Shown: positions 56,450-64,000 of the stretch, one piece after another
Numbering within the stretch: the first letter of the stretch is position 1
How the letters are laid out: each line of letters begins with the position of its first letter
Position numbers and translations under genes: made by a program
Notes under the pieces: model-generated
The model's database searches: none
Seen by the model: the letters and a program-made list of their open reading frames with translations, nothing else
Told to the model about the DNA's origin: nothing
Origin: a virus
Taxonomy: Duplodnaviria; Caudoviricetes
Direction: 5' to 3' (one strand)
Length of the DNA: 64,000 nt
Virus record (IMG/VR): IMGVR_UViG_3300032227_000570
Location: 1-64,000 of that record

Positions 56450-56680
56450 TTACTCACTAACTGGTGGTGTGAAGTTTGTGCCGTCCCATTTCCAACCAAC
56501 TTGTGGGTTGTTTTCTGCACCACGTGTAAACTCAAGGACTGTTGGGTTGCTTAAGAAAACAGAGGCACTACGCTCATCTGTTCCCATAACAAGGACAACT
56601 TCTCCATCAAGTACAAAGGCTAGGCTTTTTGTTATAGCAGGTTGTTCACGTTTAAATTGGCTATTTACTGGCTCACTCAT
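56450..56680 (-). CDS. small tail-fibre-associated protein
   Basis: FVLDGEVV...SNPTV...VGWKWDGTNF, tail assembly chaperone-like ending. Confidence 0.55.
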   Translation of the reverse strand: MSEPVNSQFKREQPAITKSLAFVLDGEVVLVMGTDERSASVFLSNPTVLEFTRGAENNPQVGWKWDGTNFTPPVSE

Positions 56681-56681
56681 T

Positions 56682-56957
56682 TTATTCTCCTTCGTTAGTG
56701 CTTACTGTAACAGGTCCCCACTTACCTACGGGGCATGAAGCGTGTGGCAATTCAGCCTTTTTAGTCATAAAGCAACCACATTTTTTACAAGTCTTTGTTG
56801 CTTGAATAAGGAACGGGCAGTTAAGGCAGTGGTTTGTGTATCTGTACTCGTAAGTCTCGTCGTCTACTCTCCCAATTTTTGGGTTGAGTAAATCCCAAGG
56901 ACGAACTGAATCGCCACCATTCTTTTCTTTCCAAATGTCCCAAGGTCTTTTTTCCAT
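56682..56957 (-). CDS. Cys-rich protein (DUF6171-like)
   Basis: CLNCP...CKKCGCFM..K..L..ASCPVGKW. Confidence 0.7.
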   Translation of the reverse strand: MEKRPWDIWKEKNGGDSVRPWDLLNPKIGRVDDETYEYRYTNHCLNCPFLIQATKTCKKCGCFMTKKAELPHASCPVGKWGPVTVSTNEGE

Positions 56958-56958
56958 T

Positions 56959-58191
56959 TTATTGTCCTAACGGTTTAACTATTAATGAGCCAATTGTACG
57001 ACCATCTTCAAAGTTACTTGGACGTGCTACAACCCCATACCCAGTTCCCGTTGCAAGAAATTCGGAGGTTGTGTATGTCCCTATTTGATTAGTATAAAGG
57101 CTGTCTGTGTAGGCATTGACAGTCATGTTTGTGCCATTAGCGGATATTTTTACCGCTGACCAACGGTCAGGAACTTGAACAGATTCAACAACCGAGAAGA
57201 CCCCATTAACCATTTTTACTATCTGTAAATAGAAGTAGTTTGTGTACGAAGTTCCTGTGGCTGATTGGATACACTCATTGTACGAACCCGCTTGGCAACA
57301 AGCGTACAACGGCACATTTGTATAGCCGTCAGGTGCACACTCGTACTCTGTTCCTATCTGCCCAAAAACTTCTCCACTAGGACAGTACTCAATATACGTC
57401 TCTTGTAAATCATAAACTGGTTCACAGGGATAGTCTTCCCATGTATTTGTGCAAACCTGTCTTGTTCCAGTTCCTGGAGTACAGACTCTAACCACACCTC
57501 GACCAATTTGGTATACCCACTCACAGTTTACTGTGTCATAAGGTTCGGTAACACAGTTTTGTACAATTCTACCTGATGGAGTTGGTGGTACACAGTCGAT
57601 TTCTACCCACTCGTCGTAATAAAGAAGTTCGTACCCACCAGGACAGGTAAAATCATATATTGGTGTAGTTGTTTCAGTATTTGGCGGGTCACAACGTAAG
57701 GTGTAATCATACGGCTCAGTACAAGCAGTAATGCAGTAACTTACTGGACGAGATTGAACGCAATAAGTATACGTTTGAGAAGTTTGGTTGTAATAGGGAA
57801 GAACACCCCACCAGTTATTTGCGTCAGTTACACGAATAGCAACTCCAGTTCCTGGAGTTAACTCGTTGGCTTGAAGGTCAAACTCTAAAAATCCAGCATC
57901 AATTGATGCCAATGGGTAATCTGATTTAGAACCAGTTGTTTTAGCAGCGTTAGAGTTAATTTGCCATTGGCTTCTTAGAATAGTCCAGCCTTGTCCTGAA
58001 TCTGCAGCACCTAAACCAGAGGTGGTATCGGCTCTATTAAAGAGGTCTTCAAGTTTGTCTGCCCAAAACTGTTTCCACTCCCCAGCAACTTTTACATAGC
58101 CAAACTTAGCCTTCTTCCAACCGCCATCTACTTTTGCAAATAGACCAGAAGCAGACTTAAAGTTGCCAGATACCTTAGAACCAATAGCCAT
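56959..58191 (-). CDS. tail fibre/receptor-binding protein with 16-Cys insertion
   Basis: KV.G.WK N-terminal anchor, DLFNRAD..LG beta-sandwich split by a Cys-rich segment. Confidence 0.7.
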   Translation of the reverse strand: MAIGSKVSGNFKSASGLFAKVDGGWKKAKFGYVKVAGEWKQFWADKLEDLFNRADTTSGLGAADSGQGWTILRSQWQINSNAAKTTGSKSDYPLASIDAGFLEFDLQANELTPGTGVAIRVTDANNWWGVLPYYNQTSQTYTYCVQSRPVSYCITACTEPYDYTLRCDPPNTETTTPIYDFTCPGGYELLYYDEWVEIDCVPPTPSGRIVQNCVTEPYDTVNCEWVYQIGRGVVRVCTPGTGTRQVCTNTWEDYPCEPVYDLQETYIEYCPSGEVFGQIGTEYECAPDGYTNVPLYACCQAGSYNECIQSATGTSYTNYFYLQIVKMVNGVFSVVESVQVPDRWSAVKISANGTNMTVNAYTDSLYTNQIGTYTTSEFLATGTGYGVVARPSNFEDGRTIGSLIVKPLGQ

Positions 58192-58199
58192 CTTATGTC

Positions 58200-58868
58200 C
58201 TAAGCAGTGTACTTAATCCAGATGTCTCCGTTATTACCACCAGTTGGGTCTGCTGTTGAGACCGTGATGTTACGAAGACGTGAGGTTAGTGCTTGGTCTC
58301 CCGTAAGAGTTCCACCAGTGATTTGGATGGTTGTATCAGCAGCAAGGACAGCAGGTGTTGAATCAGAGTCAACCCAAAGTGTTCCTGTTGGAAGTCCCAA
58401 AGCAGAAGCATCAGGTTGAGTTGACTGCATAAGGATAGGTTTAATAACTTGATTTTTATAAATAATCTGACCGTCTTTATCAACCTTAGTTAAAATGGCT
58501 CCTGTTGAATCTTTAAAGCGAATTAGGTCAGCAGTTTGGCTTGTAAAGCCCTGAATAGTTAGACCAACAACTGTTGAGTTAGAAGACTGAATTGTTTCCC
58601 CACCAGTAAAGTGCACATACTGATTGTGAACATCTCCTTTAATTCCTTTTTCAATGTTTGCTACACGAGCAGCCAAAGACGAAAAAGTGGTTGTTGTATC
58701 ATCAAAAGAGCCAACATATCCAGAAGATACGTGTGGCATTGAACCAACGTAGTTTTCAATAGCCATAACTTCGTCTTGAAGGCTGTTGATATGTTCTGCA
58801 ACAATGATTTGCGTATAATCGGTTTTATTTTGAAAGGGCTTGGTACCCGATGGGTAATCTGCTGCCAT
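58200..58868 (-). CDS. tail fibre protein
   Basis: AEHINSLQDEV.AIE, HNQY, GTLWVD, P.GG.NGDIWIKY. Confidence 0.7.
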   Translation of the reverse strand: MAADYPSGTKPFQNKTDYTQIIVAEHINSLQDEVMAIENYVGSMPHVSSGYVGSFDDTTTTFSSLAARVANIEKGIKGDVHNQYVHFTGGETIQSSNSTVVGLTIQGFTSQTADLIRFKDSTGAILTKVDKDGQIIYKNQVIKPILMQSTQPDASALGLPTGTLWVDSDSTPAVLAADTTIQITGGTLTGDQALTSRLRNITVSTADPTGGNNGDIWIKYTA

Positions 58869-58928
58869 GTTCGTCTCCTAACAGTTCTGGTCAATTCTGA
58901 CGGTATTTGTACTAAAAAACTTCCTCAA

Positions 58929-59405
58929 CTACGGGTGAGTATGGCTGACATTCGCTTTTGTCAGCATCTGTGCCTCTAAAGTTTTAACTTTATTGGCTAA
59001 AGCAACTATGGTGGCTACTAGGTCTACTTCTGTAGTTCCATTGTCAATTCGTTCGGTAATGATGTGAGAGGACAGCCCCGTTAAAGAAACGGAATCTGAA
59101 AGAACCTTTACATTGACTCTTTTGCCTTTTGTCTTTTTTCCGTATGTGCCAACCCAAAGAGGATAGGAGGGGTCTCCTCCTTCGTACATAACCCAAACTC
59201 CATCACCAATTTCAGGCACTTCAGTTTTAAGAGCCGAAGTTTCTTTAGGCCAAGCCCAAGGGAGTTCTTTAGTAAGAGCACTTCCGCTTAGTTGAGGAAC
59301 CGTTACTTTTAGACGACGGTGGTTTTCTGGGTCTTTATTTGAAACAACCGTCCCACGGTACATGCCATAAAAAAGTTCTTCTGCCATGTTACACCGCTGA
59401 AACAA
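58929..59405 (-). CDS. baseplate spike gp5/Vgr OB-fold protein
   Basis: YRGTVV.NKDP...RLKVTVPQL, WAWP, VPEIGDGVWVMYEGGDP.YPLW, terminal HTH metal motif. Confidence 0.85.
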   Translation of the reverse strand: MFQRCNMAEELFYGMYRGTVVSNKDPENHRRLKVTVPQLSGSALTKELPWAWPKETSALKTEVPEIGDGVWVMYEGGDPSYPLWVGTYGKKTKGKRVNVKVLSDSVSLTGLSSHIITERIDNGTTEVDLVATIVALANKVKTLEAQMLTKANVSHTHP

Positions 59406-60945
59406 TTATGTCGTTTTCTGCAAATGTAAGGATTTCGTAATCTGCAGCAGTAATGTCAACAATGCTTGGGGTACCACCAACTATGTACAAGAAAGTTACC
59501 TTTGGCTTTTTGCAACCAGCAACACCTTGTAGAACAAAGGTAATGTCTTCAGCCTGTACTGTGTCACCAAAAGCAACATAGTTGTAACTAAAGTTGTCTA
59601 GAAGTGCTGACTTAATGTTTTTAATAGCGTCTTCTTCTGTATAGGTTGGGTCAAGAGTAAAGTCAATACCAATGTAGATTGGTTTATACGTTGGTTTAAC
59701 ATAAGTAACTGTTGTTCCCACTAGCACCTTTGGTTCTAGGTAAGCCTTAACAGCATCTCGTAAAGAAGTCCATTCAACAGTTGCTTCATAAACTCCTGGC
59801 GTTGCAGTTTCTACTAAACCAGGTGTTGGGTCCGAATCGTTGATATCACGACTAGGAGCAATGTAAAGAGTTACCGCTGTCCACGAGGAAGCAATAGCCC
59901 TAGCCTTACCACAGTTAGTTACAGACAGTGCAAGGTTTTCCATATCAGCAAGCGTTACTGCACGGCTTTGAGAGTTTAAGTATGCAGGTGCGTTATTTCG
60001 AATAGATGTGTCTGATTCTGGTTCAGAACCACCCAAACCGTTTGTTGTGTTGGTTACGTCAATTGTGCCGTTTAAAGCAATTGTTAGTGACTCAGACAAT
60101 CCAGGAACATAAGTGATTGTGTCTAAAGTAGATGTTGCAATGTTTCCTAAAGTTCCACCGCCAACAACATACACGGCACGAATACTCGATAAGCGTGTAG
60201 GAATTGCACCAGACACACCATCACCAAATAAAACGTAAACGTTGTTGTCTTTATCAAGGCGAGTGCTATACACAGTGTCGTTTGGACCGTAGTCAAGAAG
60301 ATGCTTTACTTCAGTCCATTTCTTGTAAGTAACTCCGCTTTGTACGTATACGTCAATGGTGTCGCTTACAACTGGGAAATCTTCAATAATAAAACTTTGG
60401 TCTGGTTGTCCAGTAGAACTTCCTAAAAGCGTTCCATAGGTATTTCCAGCCTCAACTGTGTTAAGTATTCCTTCATAAGCAAAAGCAGTAATTTGACCAC
60501 GTGTACCTGATGCAAACGCAGGAACAGTGACCGTTTGTTTTGTAGTAAAGATAACTGTGTACACAGCGTCTTCTACAGTAACATTTCCAGAAACACGTGT
60601 ACCAGCAGGAATAGTCACTGCGGAGTTAGAGTTGTTATAAAAAGTAATATCAATAAGAGCATTTTGATATCCAGATGGAACATACCCATACGTTTCTGCA
60701 ATAGCCAAAATAGACTCACGTTGCGTGGCTGTTGTAATAAAAGACTCGTTTGCAATGCGGTCAATATAGTAGTTCGCTATATCACCCATGTATGAAAAGG
60801 CTTCAATAAGAGCCATACCAAAATCTGCTTGGTCTGCTCCAGTCCATTCAGGAATTCGGTTCTGAACTCTAGCGATTAGTTCTTCACGAATAGCGTAATA
60901 ATCACGGCTTGTGTAATCAACGGTTACTGGTACTTCATCAGCCAT
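59389..60945 (-). CDS. baseplate wedge subunit (gp6/J-like)
   Basis: DYTSRDY, ESFITTATQR, FGDGVSGAIP, GG.EPE, RAVT. Confidence 0.88.
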   Translation of the reverse strand: MADEVPVTVDYTSRDYYAIREELIARVQNRIPEWTGADQADFGMALIEAFSYMGDIANYYIDRIANESFITTATQRESILAIAETYGYVPSGYQNALIDITFYNNSNSAVTIPAGTRVSGNVTVEDAVYTVIFTTKQTVTVPAFASGTRGQITAFAYEGILNTVEAGNTYGTLLGSSTGQPDQSFIIEDFPVVSDTIDVYVQSGVTYKKWTEVKHLLDYGPNDTVYSTRLDKDNNVYVLFGDGVSGAIPTRLSSIRAVYVVGGGTLGNIATSTLDTITYVPGLSESLTIALNGTIDVTNTTNGLGGSEPESDTSIRNNAPAYLNSQSRAVTLADMENLALSVTNCGKARAIASSWTAVTLYIAPSRDINDSDPTPGLVETATPGVYEATVEWTSLRDAVKAYLEPKVLVGTTVTYVKPTYKPIYIGIDFTLDPTYTEEDAIKNIKSALLDNFSYNYVAFGDTVQAEDITFVLQGVAGCKKPKVTFLYIVGGTPSIVDITAADYEILTFAENDIIVSAV

Positions 60946-61358
60946 TATAAGTTCTCCTGATACGCTGGTTGGTTTCTAGAGATAGCGGTGATAGCAACCA
61001 CTGCTAAATCAGTCTTGTTATTAGGGAGCGTGTACTCCACCTCGATGTTTATTAACCCAGAAGCATCTATGGCTTTTTCATCAAAGGTAACGTCAACTCT
61101 GTCTAATTCTAGGGTAGGCAAATACTTAATAAAGGCTTGTTCTACCTCAGTTTTAATTGCTGGGATTGCTACGCTGACCCCATCAAACATGTAATCAGCA
61201 ATCTTGGTGCCAAACCCAACCTCCATCACACGTTCATCAACCATGGTGCAAATAACGGACCTAACTCTATCTGCCCAGATTTTAGAAAAATCGCTTGCTG
61301 TAGATATACGTCCATACGTATCTAAACGAAAAGGCAACGAGATTGTTTTTTCAGACAT
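60945..61358 (-). CDS. gp25/GPW-like baseplate protein
   Basis: SLPF...T..DERVM...FGT. Confidence 0.85.
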   Translation of the reverse strand: MSEKTISLPFRLDTYGRISTASDFSKIWADRVRSVICTMVDERVMEVGFGTKIADYMFDGVSVAIPAIKTEVEQAFIKYLPTLELDRVDVTFDEKAIDASGLINIEVEYTLPNNKTDLAVVAITAISRNQPAYQENL

Positions 61359-61361
61359 TTA

Positions 61362-62630
61362 CTACACCCACTTTCTAGAGTTAAGGGTACTGTACCCAGT
61401 GTCGTTTTGATTAAACATGGATGACTTAATTGATAAAACAGGTGGCTGTGGTAAAGACAAGGTATCTCCATCATCAAAATCAGAAAGATTTAAAACAGGT
61501 ACAGCACCTTTTCTGTTATACCGCTTACTGCTTTCTCTATTTTCATTTCGACCATCAGTAACCACAACCCCATTACATGAGTAGTGCCCTGTTTTGTTAA
61601 AAACGTGTGTTACAGACTTAACAATCCAATAGCCATCATTAGTGTCGTCTACTCCAGAAACTTCAACAACATGGTACGGAGCAATACGTGGGTCTCCCTG
61701 AGATTGAAAATGTGCTGGCATTGTAAAACGTGCTTGTTCGGCTTTAGCCTTAGCAACAGTTTTTGCAAACTCCAAACTATTTACAACTTGCTTACTTCCT
61801 TGTTCAGAAAACAAAACCTTATTTTGCTGACTTCTAAGCCCTTTTTTACTAGTTGGCTTTTCCTGAGATGAAAAAGACTTGCCAGTAATTGGGTCAACAC
61901 CAGTAATGTTTTTTACGGTCTTTTTTGCTGAGTCTGGGTCATCTGACCAATCTCCAGTAGTTGGACGAAACTTATCTAGGGTTCTTTCCAAAAAAGAATG
62001 AAATGGTGCAGCAAGTGTATTGTCATAATGAAGCAGGGGTATAGTTCCCATGGATTTGTCAATAAGTGTGTCCCACTTTAAAAAGTAAACAGTAGTTCCT
62101 TTAACGTAAAACACATATCCAGCACGATGTGCAAGTTCCATTAAAAATTGCCAATAGGTTTTTCCATGCTGAGACAAAACAGAGTATCTAGCAGCACTAG
62201 GAGTAACCACGGCTTTTAACTTGTTCTTCTTTGCAATATCAGAAACAACCTCACTAATAGTTTTGTTTACATACACCTTTGTGTCTGTCTCTTTTAAAAA
62301 GAACGAAGGACCAATAGCGGTAACTTCAAACTCTCTGTTGTTTTGACCAGCAGTAGTTTCTTTAACGTCTGTTACATATCCAAAAAACTCACCCTTTATA
62401 TTTAAACCAGTTGTCCAAGTTACTTTTACGGGAGAATGACTTCTTAATCCCTTTTTAAGGGTTTTACTAGTGGTCATATACTTTAAGACTATTTCATCAT
62501 GATACTTAGAGTTTTGATGAAGTTCGATTGTATGAGGCACCAGACGAACAGACGGGAAATCTGGGTAATCAACTTTATACTTTGTGCCTAAACGAGGTTG
62601 ATAACCAGCAGGAATATGTTTAGTTGACAC
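61362..62630 (-). CDS. baseplate hub protein (gp27/GPD-like)
   Basis: FFGYV, QHGKTYWQFL..LA...GY, GDPRI.P, DGYWIVKSVTH. Confidence 0.8.
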   Translation of the reverse strand: MSTKHIPAGYQPRLGTKYKVDYPDFPSVRLVPHTIELHQNSKYHDEIVLKYMTTSKTLKKGLRSHSPVKVTWTTGLNIKGEFFGYVTDVKETTAGQNNREFEVTAIGPSFFLKETDTKVYVNKTISEVVSDIAKKNKLKAVVTPSAARYSVLSQHGKTYWQFLMELAHRAGYVFYVKGTTVYFLKWDTLIDKSMGTIPLLHYDNTLAAPFHSFLERTLDKFRPTTGDWSDDPDSAKKTVKNITGVDPITGKSFSSQEKPTSKKGLRSQQNKVLFSEQGSKQVVNSLEFAKTVAKAKAEQARFTMPAHFQSQGDPRIAPYHVVEVSGVDDTNDGYWIVKSVTHVFNKTGHYSCNGVVVTDGRNENRESSKRYNRKGAVPVLNLSDFDDGDTLSLPQPPVLSIKSSMFNQNDTGYSTLNSRKWV

Positions 62631-62898
62631 GTGGAATCCTCAGCAATGTTCCAGGTGTAATGTCAAATGGAGATGTGTACTCTGGGTTAAAGTCCATAAT
62701 TTGATGCCAGACATCTGGGTCACCAAATAAACGAGACGCAACAACATCGATTCGGTCGCCTTCCACCCATTCGTAGAAGTAAACATTTGAAACTTTTACG
62801 GGAAACTTACGAAGAACAGTTAGTTCCCAAGTTTGTTTTGTTGGGTTGTAAGCACGAAAGATAGTGCCATCCGCATATCGGCTATCTAAAAAAATCAT
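62620..62898 (-). CDS. LysM-like tail X/gp53 baseplate protein
   Basis: EGDRIDVVA...FGDP..W..IMD.NP......PGT.LRIP. Confidence 0.82.
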   Translation of the reverse strand: MIFLDSRYADGTIFRAYNPTKQTWELTVLRKFPVKVSNVYFYEWVEGDRIDVVASRLFGDPDVWHQIMDFNPEYTSPFDITPGTLLRIPRVN

Positions 62899-64000
62899 TA
62901 CAACACCGCATTTCTAGGAGTTCCCCCACCACCGCCACCGCCACTTGAAGAAGTGTTTGGCACAGTGCGTGGGTCTTTAGTGGTTGATAGGTCGTAGAAT
63001 CGTGCAGCCTTAATACTTACGTAACTAACCAACGGAACCATTCTTGAATTAAACATTCCGTGAGTAATGTCTATAGAAGTTATGCGACCAAGATAGCGTA
63101 AGTTTGAGCCTAGGTGGAACTCTACAGCAGCACCGTTTAACCATCCTTGGTCTGAAGTTTGACCACGCAATGAACTCATGTAGTCTCCCTGACCTCCGTG
63201 TAAGGCTCTAAATAAGAAGTCTAAATCGTACATAGTGCCCTTGTTCCAAATTTCCTTTAGCGTTGCTGCAGTAACGGACCGACCCCAAAGTTCTTTAGAA
63301 CGTGCTTCTTGATTTGCAACACCGCCATCTGGATTTTTTAAAGTACCGTCTGGGTTAATGTAAGACATGTCTTCTAAACGATTTAGCATTAACTCAAATC
63401 CAAAGCCACCAGTTCCAGGAGGCATGATTGGATTAATCTTGTCTCTACCGCTCATAAGAAGTTCGGGGGACATGTCAACCATTGTTCCGTAAGACATACC
63501 AATTGAGTTTGGGTTGTAGTGGAACTTAAATCCGTAAGGAACACTCTTCTTTCCTTTGTAGCCCTTTTTACCTTGCTCTTTGCCTAAGTAATATGCAGTC
63601 TCAGCACTCATCTGAATAACGCCTTTGCTGTTACCCAAGTTGTTAAAGGCCGCTAAACCGTCTTTAATTGCACTTGGCATCATCCTTTGACCAGCAGTGT
63701 CTTGAATTGCTAATGAAATGCCTTTTTCTCCACCACCTGCAAAATGTGCGTTTTTAATTAACGGAATGTTGTAGGTGTAGTCTTTTCTAGCAAAGTTAGC
63801 AGCGTTAGTTACTGCAGTGCTTGCAGTTTGAGAACCACCATTTGCAGACGTTTGCACCGCATACTTGGTATTAGTTTGGTCTAGCCAAATTTTTGCTGAA
63901 GATATTTTGCTTTGTAAATTAGTAACATCCGTACTTGCATTAGTAAAACGAGTAGATGCTGATAAATAAGCAATATTTGCAGCGTTATAGTTTGCTTTTA
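62898..64000 (-). CDS. tail-tube initiator-like protein (N-terminus beyond window)
   Basis: FKFHYNP, FNSRMVP motifs; frame stays open from 63857 to the window edge. Confidence 0.65.
   Translation of the reverse strand, partial: KANYNAANIAYLSASTRFTNASTDVTNLQSKISSAKIWLDQTNTKYAVQTSANGGSQTASTAVTNAANFARKDYTYNIPLIKNAHFAGGGEKGISLAIQDTAGQRMMPSAIKDGLAAFNNLGNSKGVIQMSAETAYYLGKEQGKKGYKGKKSVPYGFKFHYNPNSIGMSYGTMVDMSPELLMSGRDKINPIMPPGTGGFGFELMLNRLEDMSYINPDGTLKNPDGGVANQEARSKELWGRSVTAATLKEIWNKGTMYDLDFLFRALHGGQGDYMSSLRGQTSDQGWLNGAAVEFHLGSNLRYLGRITSIDITHGMFNSRMVPLVSYVSIKAARFYDLSTTKDPRTVPNTSSSGGGGGGGTPRNAVL

Noticed and set aside
53780-58868. Diversity-generating retroelement acting on tail fibres
   Set aside because: No reverse transcriptase and no template/variable repeat pair in the window.

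Overview
The whole window is a segment of a large tailed dsDNA phage with a contractile-type (myovirus-like) baseplate module. WhiB, a FmdB-like Zn-ribbon, lipobox/LysM/CHAP proteins, leaderless TANNNT-N6-ATG starts and low GC point to a low-GC actinobacterial host, probably freshwater (inference). Layout: (1) 1-8.4 kb, mostly minus strand: a giant membrane-anchored surface protein with coupled small membrane genes, HNH nuclease, CHAP endolysin/holin, HslV/proteasome-type protease and many tiny Cys-rich ORFs. (2) About 1.4 kb of non-coding, divergent control region. (3) 9.8-24.2 kb, plus strand, early-type block: MoxR/CobS-like AAA+ plus vWA pair, YubB-like protein, HTH proteins, excisionase-like gene plus tyrosine recombinase, lytic transglycosylase. 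(4) 24.2-53.8 kb, minus strand: class II RNR, TGT-fold protein, nucleotidyltransferase, LysM protein, phosphoesterase, SpoVS, RuvC, dNMP kinase, Cas4-like nuclease, WhiB, RecA, PolA, SSB, SNF2 helicase, primase, DnaB, DnaC-like loader and an initiator with an internal origin-like site. (5) 53.8-64 kb: tail fibre and baseplate genes. No tRNA, rRNA, CRISPR array, reverse transcriptase or IS element was recognised. The least explained signals are: a tail protein with 16 mirror-spaced cysteines next to a Cys-rich partner; short motifs shared by unrelated proteins (ELW at C-termini, LNxxQF at N-termini); and three families of DNA motifs (TTCTWWAGAA genome-wide, AAAGCCTT clustered over the recombinase, TCGGGATAGAAAA before early genes). 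All annotations come from motif recognition by eye; no database searches were run.
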